In this document: piece after piece, positions 9,001-16,864 of the stretch
How the letters are laid out: each line of letters starts with the position of its first letter
Position numbering within the stretch: the first letter of the stretch is position 1
From: Candidatus Heimdallarchaeota archaeon
GTDB taxonomy: Archaea; Asgardarchaeota; Heimdallarchaeia; JABLTI01
Assembly (NCBI GenBank): GCA_030614005.1
Contig: JAUWKS010000002.1
Location: 30,001 to 62,000 of the forward strand
Direction: 5' to 3'
DNA length: 32,000 nucleotides
Made by a program: the position numbers and the translations under genes
Notes under the pieces: model-generated
Database searches by the model: none
Seen by the model: only the letters and a program-made list of their open reading frames with translations
Told to the model about the DNA's origin: nothing

Positions 9001-9662
9001 TCGATGCGCTCCCAGAAATCAATATGAAAGCAGTTTCTCAATATGAAGAGGAACTTGAATTAAATAACGAATTATTGGACAAAAGAAAATTCGTTGAAAG
9101 AGATTTTGAAGCTATTAGCCAAGCAATAAACGACATTGAAAGCGAAAAACGAGAAAAATTCATGATTATTTTCAATAATATTTCAAAAGATTTCAATAGA
9201 GTCTTTGGCATTCTTTCACCTGATGGAAGAGCAAAAGTGGAATTAGAAGACCCTGATGATCCATTCAACGGAGGTGTCCTCATTTCAGCTAATCCTGGTG
9301 GAAAGAAAATTGCTAGTATGTTATCTCTTTCCGGTGGCGAAAAATCTCTCACAGCACTAGCAATGATTTTTGCAATACAAAGATATAAACCAGCACCATT
9401 CTATGTTCTAGATGAAATTGATGCTTTCTTAGATCTAAATAATGTCTACAAAGTTGCCACACTTGTTCGCGAAATGAGCAGTGCAACACAAATAATAGTC
9501 ATTAGTTTAAGAGCACCAATGATTGCTGCAGCAGAAAAGATATTTGGTGTTACTGCGGGTGAAGATCGCATTTCTCAGATTGTTACCGTATCATTAGATG
9601 AAGTAATGAAAATCGTTGAGAAAACAGATATACCATCAGAAGCAGAGGTTTACGATTACTAA
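6045..9662 (+). CDS. smc: Chromosome segregation ATPase SMC, about 1205 aa, probable CTG start
   Basis: The frame is open from the TGA at 6018-6020. It encodes VHIKRLVLENFKSYG and Walker A GPNGCGKSNISDA upstream of the ORF-track start at 6369. It also has coiled coils, hinge (GIYGTIGE...GRVTFLPL...TLDGDVVNPSGAITGG), signature LSGGEKS and Walker B FYVLDEIDAFLD. An AGGTGA RBS lies 7 nt before CTG 6045. Confidence 0.96.
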   Translation: MVHIKRLVLENFKSYGRRKVVLHLTKGLTVISGPNGCGKSNISDAIQFVIGQLSSKTIRSDKLSGVIFSGTREGQKTALNAKVTLVLDNAAEPKEIPIATDEVHISRKVHLDGRSEYFLNGSKITRNEIIDTIAMCGISIDGYNVIRQGEIANFANMSPLQVRGLFEEIAGIASYDEKKVKAQKNLDDARTKLRIATVRLEESMKNLVRLEKEKEDAVRYQELNIRIKSTEAKLVHARIRQLKDKIVEIISKIDDLKEKKKSSEETIDQLTVAIGSYDKRLKEAKAKVKDATTQSFNTLTSEIEKLTRKYSIDLSNRNQKERELEQLKENKITAKEELDTIHLENSELTNNNLTTKEQLDGTDSTLKKIKEELDLKRQMLETSKSNEVMNQLEEIRSTSAEMNKRRADIESQLAIFNNNINITKSKLSEREKRVVEVAGILATFLSRKAKYTTEINDYNELARKLKVKVNELRVELDTVEEEIVENEQNVREKAINIKQIQTELDTTKKIMAEITSRDKGIKLVLEARDSGDIQGIYGTIGEICKTHSKYSIALNITAGNRTNHIVVETDEVAAQCVMMVKKAKAGRVTFLPLNKLKPFVISADIKEKGVIGKAIDLVEFNEKYRKAAEFVFGQTVIVKNLDAARKIGSSYRAVTLDGDVVNPSGAITGGFYRARATSKISLIIEEEGKLPEMEEEYETLQDERSRLLEYRSDIVKELNEDLQPQLNEVIRNGDLRERDINIIQEEIEIRSQENIRIQKELEHLSKEFEDLEVKIDDLLNSKKDITVTLETLSDSEMKLKEELDTNGIQDVLTEIKIKESQQVEIGDIINNLKMKQFKTSAELETNRKAIEEIQKRIESIEKNEPDLLNEVTLIQKTVDEIAAEINQKKEQRDKLFSLIEESQNEQERLEEEQANTRERLEEERQEQNQIIILVERFVNEKSNNEGQITELEQIAAERDLPYIFAEDEEIDINVLREVITGLKAELDALPEINMKAVSQYEEELELNNELLDKRKFVERDFEAISQAINDIESEKREKFMIIFNNISKDFNRVFGILSPDGRAKVELEDPDDPFNGGVLISANPGGKKIASMLSLSGGEKSLTALAMIFAIQRYKPAPFYVLDEIDAFLDLNNVYKVATLVREMSSATQIIVISLRAPMIAAAEKIFGVTAGEDRISQIVTVSLDEVMKIVEKTDIPSEAEVYDY

Positions 9663-9738
9663 CATTTATTCATAATTTTAGGTTTTGATACCTTAATAAA
9701 AGATAACAAGTAGAACAATAACAACAGGTGTAAATCAA

Positions 9739-10626
9739 ATGGCGCAAAAAGATTTTGGATTAAATCAGGAAGAAAATCAAGGTATTCCTAATGATTACCC
9801 TTTCTGGTTGCGTGCACCTTTTAGATTGTTAACTGATGTAACTCAATTTCGCAAGGTTGACCCTTGGGATTTGGAGATTGCTGATTTGATTACTCGATTT
9901 GTACAAGAAATGAGAAGCACCGATGACATTAATTTTCCTGTACTCGGTAGAGCAATTCTCTCAGCAGCAATTTTGTATCGTGCAAAAGTAAGTGATCTCA
10001 TTAAACTTATTGAAGAAACAGATGATACTAAGGAAGACTTAGAAGCTTTAGGGTTTGATATCCCAGAAATAAGTCCATCGTACCACATTTCTCAAAGACC
10101 AGTAACATTTAATGAATTAGTTTACGCATTTCAAGGATTGCTTAAACAAGAGGCAAGATACAAGCAACGAGTAGCCATAGGAAAGAGAAAAGCTCTAATT
10201 CAACCTTTACAATTACCAGCTGAACCAGTAAGGATTATTGATGAAGAATCAACGAAAATAGCTAAACTCAAAAAGGATGTTTATAAAGAACTAGTTAAAT
10301 TGTATGAAAAATACAAACGACCAATTAGATTTGACGAATTACTAAAACCAAATTCAAATCGAATTACAATCATTCGTTCGTTTCTTTGTATATTATTTTT
10401 ATGTTTTGAGACAAAAGCACAATTATTCCAAGATGAAGATTTAGCGATTATTACTCTCAGACCAATCAGAGATAATGAAGAGGAATTCTTAGGCGGTTTA
10501 GAGAAAGTAATTGAGGAAAAACTAAGAGATGGAACTCCAGCAGAGGACGGCGTAACTATTTCAGATATAGATGAAGAAAATGATTTCATTGAAGAAAGCG
10601 ATATGCTCTTTGAGGAAGAAGATTGA
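9739..10626 (+). CDS. scpA: Kleisin ScpA (segregation and condensation protein A)
   Basis: Directly after smc; VDPWDLEIADLITRF, GRAILSAAILYRAK, C-terminal winged-helix RSFLCILFL, acidic tail. Confidence 0.92.
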   Translation: MAQKDFGLNQEENQGIPNDYPFWLRAPFRLLTDVTQFRKVDPWDLEIADLITRFVQEMRSTDDINFPVLGRAILSAAILYRAKVSDLIKLIEETDDTKEDLEALGFDIPEISPSYHISQRPVTFNELVYAFQGLLKQEARYKQRVAIGKRKALIQPLQLPAEPVRIIDEESTKIAKLKKDVYKELVKLYEKYKRPIRFDELLKPNSNRITIIRSFLCILFLCFETKAQLFQDEDLAIITLRPIRDNEEEFLGGLEKVIEEKLRDGTPAEDGVTISDIDEENDFIEESDMLFEEED

Positions 10627-10723
10627 GTTATTTTTCGAAATTAGAAAAATAGTGCTTGTTTTAAGAATCTTAAATAGAAAGAATAACTTTTGATGGTTTT
10701 ACATCAAAAGCTTAACCAAGTAA

Positions 10724-10924
10724 TTAGGTGGTTGTGCCTGTGAATAGTTTTAACACCCAAGGACCTGCTAAAACAATTACAATTAATACTACTGCAAAAA
10801 TCATAACAGCATATGGCCCAACTTTAATTCCAGGAGTATCTTCTTCGAAGAATCTGATTAAACCTGCACCTGTTGCAGGCATTGCACCGCTACTGCTTCC
10901 ACTAGATTTTTGTCTTCTACTCAT
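10724..10924 (-). CDS. secG: Preprotein translocase subunit Sec61beta (archaeal SecG)
   Basis: MPATGAGLIRFFEEDTPGIKVGP followed by one TM helix. Confidence 0.93.
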   Translation of the reverse strand: MSRRQKSSGSSSGAMPATGAGLIRFFEEDTPGIKVGPYAVMIFAVVLIVIVLAGPWVLKLFTGTTT

Positions 10925-10974
10925 TATCGTTAATCCTCTAATTAATCAGTATCCATTCTTTCAGAGAACTATTC

Positions 10975-10987
10975 TTTAAACTTTCGG
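10975..10987 (-). promoter_or_regulatory. BRE-TATA promoter of sec61beta
   Basis: Minus strand CCGAAAG-TTTAAA about 50 nt upstream of the ATG. Confidence 0.6.
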
Positions 10988-11232
10988 ATAGTCTTGCGAT
11001 TCGAGTATTTGTAAAAATGGAAACAGAGGCAGAAGAGGAGAATTGGAAATAGCAAATCAAAAAACATCCTTAAAAGAGGGAATGTTATAATATCTCTGGG
11101 TTAGCAACGAGCAGTAGAAATTAAAGGCGCTAATCAAAACAAATTTACCCGGGTTAAAGGGTTTGGATTTTGATAAAGCAATAGAATTGAATCCTTATAG
11201 GTAAATTAATTGTATATACAGTGGGATATTTA

Positions 11233-12183
11233 ATGAAACTAGATAAAGCTTCGGCTGTTACAAAGTCTATTTTGGGTGAAGTTGGAAAAATTATTGTTGG
11301 TAAAGAAGATGTGCTTGAGAAAATTCTCATAGGGATTTTAGCAAAAGGTAATCTCTTGCTGGAAGATGTTCCAGGTCTAGCAAAAACGATGATGATAAAG
11401 GCATTTGCTCAAGTAATGAAATGTAATTTCACTCGTATACAATGTACCCCCGACCTTTTACCTGCAGATGTAACTGGTTCAACACTCTATAATCAGAAGA
11501 AACAAGAATTCTTCTTTAGAGAAGGACCTGTGTTTACAAACCTTCTTCTTGTAGATGAAATAAATCGAGCTTCTCCTAAAACTCAATCTGCACTACTTGA
11601 AGCGATGCAAGAACAACATGTCACTGTTGATGGAATCACCTATCCACTTCCACATCCATTCCATGTTTTAGCAACACAAAATCCAATTGAGTTCGAAGGA
11701 ACATTCCCCTTACCAGAAGCTCAATTAGATAGATTCATTATGAAAATCAGTGTTGGTTATCCGGATGTAACTGAAGAAATTGAAATTCTAAATCGTCGAA
11801 TTATACGCAAACGTGAGGAGTTTGAATTAAACGCTATTACAGATGAAAAGGAACTTCTCCAAATAATGAATGTTGTTGAAGAGATTCATATTGATGACCG
11901 AATTAAACAATATATTGTAGATATTGTTCGAGCTACTCGAGACAGTGATAGAATTGAAATTGGAGCAAGTCCAAGAGGGAGTTTATCTTTACTCCACCTT
12001 TCAAGAGCAAGTGCGGTAATACATGGTCGCAATTTTGTTAATCCAGATGATGTAAAGAAAGTAGTTATTCCTGCTTTAGAGCATCGAATTATTCTTACAA
12101 CAGGAAGCTGGCTTACGGGTATTAAATCAGCAGAAGTTTTAGCTCGAATCTTAACCAAGATTAAAGCTCCACGATTAGATTAG
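11233..12183 (+). CDS. moxR: MoxR-family AAA+ ATPase
   Basis: Walker A LLEDVPGLAKT, RIQCTPDLLPADVTG, Walker B LLVDEINRASPKTQSALLEAMQE, ATQNPIEFEGTFPLPEAQLDRF, GASPRG. ATG 11233 preferred over GTG 11221. Confidence 0.96.
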   Translation: MKLDKASAVTKSILGEVGKIIVGKEDVLEKILIGILAKGNLLLEDVPGLAKTMMIKAFAQVMKCNFTRIQCTPDLLPADVTGSTLYNQKKQEFFFREGPVFTNLLLVDEINRASPKTQSALLEAMQEQHVTVDGITYPLPHPFHVLATQNPIEFEGTFPLPEAQLDRFIMKISVGYPDVTEEIEILNRRIIRKREEFELNAITDEKELLQIMNVVEEIHIDDRIKQYIVDIVRATRDSDRIEIGASPRGSLSLLHLSRASAVIHGRNFVNPDDVKKVVIPALEHRIILTTGSWLTGIKSAEVLARILTKIKAPRLD

Positions 12184-12233
12184 AAACACCATTAGGAAAG
12201 TTGAGAGAACAAAAGAAGAAATGAGGCAGAATT

Positions 12234-13526
12234 ATGTTCACACCAAAGATAAGATGGACTCTTGCGTCATTTTTCGCAGTTCTTTTACTTGGTATGGGAT
12301 TTAGAGATTGGTTGATTTTATTAGCTTTAATTCCGCTAACTATTCTTACATTAACGTATTTTGTTATACAACCACCAGAAGAACTCGATTTAGAAGTTAT
12401 TCGAGAAATCGATCAAACAAGATATCAAGAAGGAGAACATGTCAAAATCACATTAAAGATCAAGAACCATGGACAAAAGACTGTTGAAATGCTGGAAATA
12501 CTTGATAAACTTCCGTTACAAGTTAGCTTGAAAAAGGGAAGTAATCATATAATAACAACTCTAGATTCTGGTGAAGAAACAATTGTTCATTATGAAATAA
12601 GATGTGACTATAGAGGGAGATGGAACATAGGACCAACGCATATAAGAGCACGAAATTTTACCAACTCAGTGTACACAGTTACAACATATGAAGAAACAAT
12701 AAGCGATTTAGTTGTCATCCCAAATTTCGAATTGATAAAAGATATGCCTTTTAGAACAAAATATCCGAAAATCTCCGATGGACCATTTCATTCGAAATTA
12801 AAAGGAGAGGGTCTTGATTTTTCAGGTGTACGAGAATTTACTTCTTCGGATTCAATAGGAAGAATAAACTGGCCTGCAACAGCAAAATATAATAAATTAT
12901 TCACAAATGAATATGATCTCTTCCGCTCAGCGAATCTCTTGCTGATTCTTGATGCAACAGAAAAAACAGGTTCGGTATTAGATGAAGAAATAAAAGCGGT
13001 GCTTTCTCTAACAGAACACTTTCTAAAATACAAGTGTAGAGTCGGTTTAGTAATTATTCGTGACGTTGTAGATAGATTTGACTTAAGCAGCTCAAGACAA
13101 CAATTAATGAAGTTTACTGAAAAATTAATTGATGTGCAAGCAACCAAAATTGACCGCTTCAATATTCTTAAGCAGAGATTAGATAATAATCTAGACCAAT
13201 ATTTTCCAAATAATTGCTTAACTATCTTTATTACACCATTAATTGATAAACATATTAATAATCTTCTAGTCCAAATTGCTCGAAGGAGAAGGAATAGTTT
13301 TTTCCTTGTACCTTCAATTATAGAGTCAGAGTGGCGATTTATCAAAGATAAAGAAAATCCAGCAAACGTTTTAATCCATCAGGATTTGAAGATACGAAGA
13401 AAAACCGAGATAATAAAAGTGTATCAAAAAGGAGTCATTGTTATTGAATGGGATATTTCGGTGCCCTTTAGTGTATTTATGAACAAACTAAAACAAATAT
13501 CGACAAAAAGAGGAGGGAGCAGATAA
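12234..13526 (+). CDS. DUF58 / vWA-like membrane-anchored MoxR partner
   Basis: N-terminal TM helices, Ig-like segment, DUF58 motif GLDFSGVREF...RINWPATAK, then LLILDA; typical position after moxR. Confidence 0.88.
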   Translation: MFTPKIRWTLASFFAVLLLGMGFRDWLILLALIPLTILTLTYFVIQPPEELDLEVIREIDQTRYQEGEHVKITLKIKNHGQKTVEMLEILDKLPLQVSLKKGSNHIITTLDSGEETIVHYEIRCDYRGRWNIGPTHIRARNFTNSVYTVTTYEETISDLVVIPNFELIKDMPFRTKYPKISDGPFHSKLKGEGLDFSGVREFTSSDSIGRINWPATAKYNKLFTNEYDLFRSANLLLILDATEKTGSVLDEEIKAVLSLTEHFLKYKCRVGLVIIRDVVDRFDLSSSRQQLMKFTEKLIDVQATKIDRFNILKQRLDNNLDQYFPNNCLTIFITPLIDKHINNLLVQIARRRRNSFFLVPSIIESEWRFIKDKENPANVLIHQDLKIRRKTEIIKVYQKGVIVIEWDISVPFSVFMNKLKQISTKRGGSR

Positions 13527-14279
13527 ATGACTGGTCTGAGACGAAAAGATTCCAAAGCGAATAATGAAATAGAATACATCACAGATGGGAACACAAAGAA
13601 AGTTCTCTCACGTGTAGCAGAACCTACATCAGAAATCTTCAAAAGAAAAAGATTAAACTTACAATTTATTGCTTTAGCAATGGTTTTTATTATTGTACTA
13701 ATTTCACCTTTACGATTAATAGATTCCCGAACTGCAATTGATATTACTGCAGTAGGATTTATTTCTGCAAGTTTGATCCCATCTCTAATAGCTATTTTTG
13801 GTTTTATACCTGGAAGAAAATTCTGTCTTTTACTTTCAACATTAATTTATGGTGCTTGGATACTTGTTTTATCAGTTTTCTATTTAGAAATTATTTTGCT
13901 CTTTGTTGTGCTAATTATTTACCATGAAGTTACAAGAATAATCCTCATCATAGACCCATTAGTAGAAGGTGTTGTTTCCATATCAGAAGGAGGAGTGTAC
14001 TACCACGCATCTGTAACTATTAGCAGATATTTCAAATTCTTATTACGCTTAAGTGGGATTCTTTTCAGTTTATCAATCATCTTAAGTATCGTTGGTTATT
14101 ACCTCTTTGAGTTTCTGCAAAGTGATATTTTATTTTCAATATTTATGATCGTAAGCCTAATAGTACTATTAATCATAAGTCGAAGGACATTGACACCAGA
14201 TATTGAAAAAATATTATTAGAAAAAAGAAGAGAGAAAATGGAAGAGGAAATGGCTAAATCACACTCGAAATTTTCTTAA
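13527..14279 (+). CDS. Multi-pass membrane protein (about 6 TM), coupled to DUF58
   Basis: ATG immediately follows the DUF58 TAA; about six hydrophobic segments. Confidence 0.8.
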   Translation: MTGLRRKDSKANNEIEYITDGNTKKVLSRVAEPTSEIFKRKRLNLQFIALAMVFIIVLISPLRLIDSRTAIDITAVGFISASLIPSLIAIFGFIPGRKFCLLLSTLIYGAWILVLSVFYLEIILLFVVLIIYHEVTRIILIIDPLVEGVVSISEGGVYYHASVTISRYFKFLLRLSGILFSLSIILSIVGYYLFEFLQSDILFSIFMIVSLIVLLIISRRTLTPDIEKILLEKRREKMEEEMAKSHSKFS

Positions 14280-14809
14280 CCGCCAGTTTCGAGAATCTTT
14301 CTAAATGTGTTAATTAAAATGGCTAATCGAGCATAAACAAGATTACTGTCAAATTTTTTTTCCTTGAAAATTGCACGCAAAGGTTCAAACATTTTGGAGA
14401 GAAATGATGGATCTCGATCATTCATCTGTAACCAAACACCAGGGTCTTGAAGAAATTGAACTATCTCATCATTTTGAAAGATATGTTCAAGCTGCTTCTC
14501 ATCTTTTAAAAGTTCGATGATTTCATCTTTGGTATATCCCTTGGATGCTTTTAGAAAATCAATCATATCTTTATGAATCGATCTACAGATATTGTAGCTG
14601 GTATTTGTAAGTAATTCTCCTTTTCGTTGGAAATGTTGAAAAGACAAACTTATTCGAGGAAGCATTTTTCCATATGAAATTTTACCCCAATGCTTAATTC
14701 TTCTTGTTTGTTCTCCAAGCTCATTAAAAATCATCATAAAGATGAAAATTATGCTAACGAAGAATAATATCAACCAAACTGTTTCAAGGAATTGAGGTGT
14801 TGCAACCAT
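14276..14809 (-). CDS. Hypothetical protein with one N-terminal TM helix
   Basis: ATG 1 nt after the upstream TGA, GGAGG RBS; N-terminal hydrophobic stretch then a soluble helical domain. Confidence 0.78.
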   Translation of the reverse strand: MVATPQFLETVWLILFFVSIIFIFMMIFNELGEQTRRIKHWGKISYGKMLPRISLSFQHFQRKGELLTNTSYNICRSIHKDMIDFLKASKGYTKDEIIELLKDEKQLEHIFQNDEIVQFLQDPGVWLQMNDRDPSFLSKMFEPLRAIFKEKKFDSNLVYARLAILINTFRKILETGG

Positions 14810-14810
14810 A

Positions 14811-16337
14811 TCATTTATCCTCCGTTATTTGATTGTCATCTTTTTCATTTTGAGGGAGAGTTTCTTCTTCTGTAGGTTCCTTCTTTGTTTTTCGTAAATC
14901 CTGTGATATACTGTCAAAATGCTTCTCTGCTTCTTTAGACATCTCAGAATTTATTTCATGATCACTAAAGCGTGCCATTTCATACAAGTCTGTTAGTTCT
15001 TCGATTGGTTCTTCAGGTACAGCTAATTTTTCAGTAACAGATTGTTCAAACTCCCCAGGAGTCATACTGCGTTCCGATTGTGCACCATGATCAATTAAAT
15101 CATAAGAGGTTTTATGATAAGCCCGGATAACCCTCTTTCGATGGTCTGTTTCAGAAGCTTTTGGTAACCAGCGAACGTTTTTATCAATAATTCGGTCGTG
15201 AAATTCATCATCTCTTTTTTTGATGAAATCAAACATTACAAAACCTACTGCAAGTAAAATGAATATTGCAGAAACTACGAGCAAGATTATTGATATAGGT
15301 TTATTCAAAGACGGTGGAAGAATGCCAGGACCGTCAGGGCTTCCAGGGGCAGAAGATGAATTTGTTGGTCCCGATGGTGACACTGGACTAATAGAAGATG
15401 TATTTTCAATAGTAACTGATGGTGTGCCTCCTGAGGGTATTGGATCTGTGAATGCTAATAGATCCCTTAAGTAATCAAAGAGAAGTGCAGCACCTACACC
15501 AACAATAATTGCTAATATTAATGGAACAATAAATCTCGTCCAATTTCCTTCAGTAAGCAACAATCGAAAAACGTAAAATAGAATAACTGATGCTAAAGCA
15601 ATAAACGGAATATAAAGAGCTATTTGAGTGAAAATATTTGCAGAGCTAGCTTGAGGTAAACCAACAAAATAATCAGACCAACCGTTATCGTTTACTTCAT
15701 CATTTACATTAACCCAATTAAGAGTGTGGCTGAAAACCCAATCCAGTTCAAAAACTTCAGAGGTTGTATAAGTAGCATCATTTGTTGAGAATGTATATTG
15801 CTCATTTATTGAAACATGGAAGGTGTTATTTGTGAAACGAAGAACCCTAATAGTATAGACGTCACCTGTTTCAATAGGAACATAAGTGGAACCCAACGTA
15901 ATTTCAGTAAATAACCCATCTATGCGTTTCAATGACACATCTTTGGTAATCTCAAAGTCGATTTTATAGCCTTGAGTAGAATGAGAATAAGCACTTTCCT
16001 CTTGTTCAGAACCAATAAAGATTACTGAAGCAGAACCTTGGGTGCCATATCTGAATTGCCACTGCCATTCTCCATAAGCTACTTCACTTTCATGATATGC
16101 CCAGTTGTGGGATGGTAAAAGTCCAATCATTGATCCGTCTTTACCTTCAAATCTTCCTTGAGTAACTTCCCAATCACCAATATCTGTTTCAAACAAGCCT
16201 CGAGTGGCAAAAACAACTGTTACAATTGAAATCATAAGAAATAAAGCAATTATCAGAAATTTTCTATCAATTTGAAGTGAACTAAGTGAAAATCTAGTTT
16301 TAGATTCTGTCACCTTCTCTTTGACTTCTTTAGACAT
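14811..16337 (-). CDS. DUF4129-domain membrane protein with an extracellular beta-sandwich (ConA/LamG-like) domain
   Basis: C-terminal RKRVIRAY...TPGEF...ELTDLYEMARFSDHEI = DUF4129 pattern; four TM segments; aromatic beta-rich region about aa 50-235; Ser/Pro-rich linker. Confidence 0.8.
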   Translation of the reverse strand: MSKEVKEKVTESKTRFSLSSLQIDRKFLIIALFLMISIVTVVFATRGLFETDIGDWEVTQGRFEGKDGSMIGLLPSHNWAYHESEVAYGEWQWQFRYGTQGSASVIFIGSEQEESAYSHSTQGYKIDFEITKDVSLKRIDGLFTEITLGSTYVPIETGDVYTIRVLRFTNNTFHVSINEQYTFSTNDATYTTSEVFELDWVFSHTLNWVNVNDEVNDNGWSDYFVGLPQASSANIFTQIALYIPFIALASVILFYVFRLLLTEGNWTRFIVPLILAIIVGVGAALLFDYLRDLLAFTDPIPSGGTPSVTIENTSSISPVSPSGPTNSSSAPGSPDGPGILPPSLNKPISIILLVVSAIFILLAVGFVMFDFIKKRDDEFHDRIIDKNVRWLPKASETDHRKRVIRAYHKTSYDLIDHGAQSERSMTPGEFEQSVTEKLAVPEEPIEELTDLYEMARFSDHEINSEMSKEAEKHFDSISQDLRKTKKEPTEEETLPQNEKDDNQITEDK

Positions 16338-16401
16338 TGCTCAAACCATATTATACTTATCTTTTGAGTATATTTATTCTTTCTAAACTTTTGAAAATTA
16401 G

Positions 16402-16851
16402 CTAAAGGGATTTTTTTGTTAAGAGAGGTAATAAGCTTCCGACAAGAGTAGCAATTGGGATTTTTACTCCAGGATTGATTGTTAGTATTGATTTTTGTTT
16501 GGAAACGAATCTTAATTTTCCAATAGTAACATCTTTTTGAACTATTTTTATCAGAAATTTTTTAGAAACAAGTCGGAAAATTTCTTCATTTGAAGTATTA
16601 GTCCATTTAATTACTTTGTCAATGGTAGCTGGTCTAATAGTAGTAATTAGATTACTCCCTTCATTTGAAAGAGTGTATTTCAGCAATTCATCTGTTCTTC
16701 GTAGAACTAATGATGCTTTTGTTGAAGCAAAAAAGATAGAAACGGAATGTCGAGAAGAATTGAATATAATCTTACCACTTTGTTTCTTTCCAACATCGTT
16801 TTTCTCTTTGATTAACCAATGAGGGTTCATTTGAATAACTGACAATTTCAT
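16402..16851 (-). CDS. Hypothetical basic, beta-rich protein, 149 aa
   Basis: GAGGA RBS, starts 13 nt after the DUF4139 stop, fills the gap in a minus-strand run. Confidence 0.7.
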   Translation of the reverse strand: MKLSVIQMNPHWLIKEKNDVGKKQSGKIIFNSSRHSVSIFFASTKASLVLRRTDELLKYTLSNEGSNLITTIRPATIDKVIKWTNTSNEEIFRLVSKKFLIKIVQKDVTIGKLRFVSKQKSILTINPGVKIPIATLVGSLLPLLTKKSL

Positions 16852-16864
16852 TGATTAGATATCC

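Noticed and set aside
6369-9662. ORF-track start of SMC at GTG 6369 (1097 aa)
   Set aside because: It omits Walker A and the N-lobe, which are encoded in frame upstream.
11142-11207. Nested short inverted repeats upstream of moxR (AATTTACC/GGTAAATT, GGATT/AATCC) as a riboswitch
   Set aside because: The arms are short and AT-rich and match no riboswitch consensus I know.
12788-13345. 185-aa minus ORF and the other short antisense ORFs nested in nadK, smc, scpA, moxR, DUF4129, DUF4139, oppD, hypE, CBS, NPP and DUF4910 genes
   Set aside because: They lie fully opposite well-supported genes, have no motifs or RBS, and show typical shadow-frame composition.
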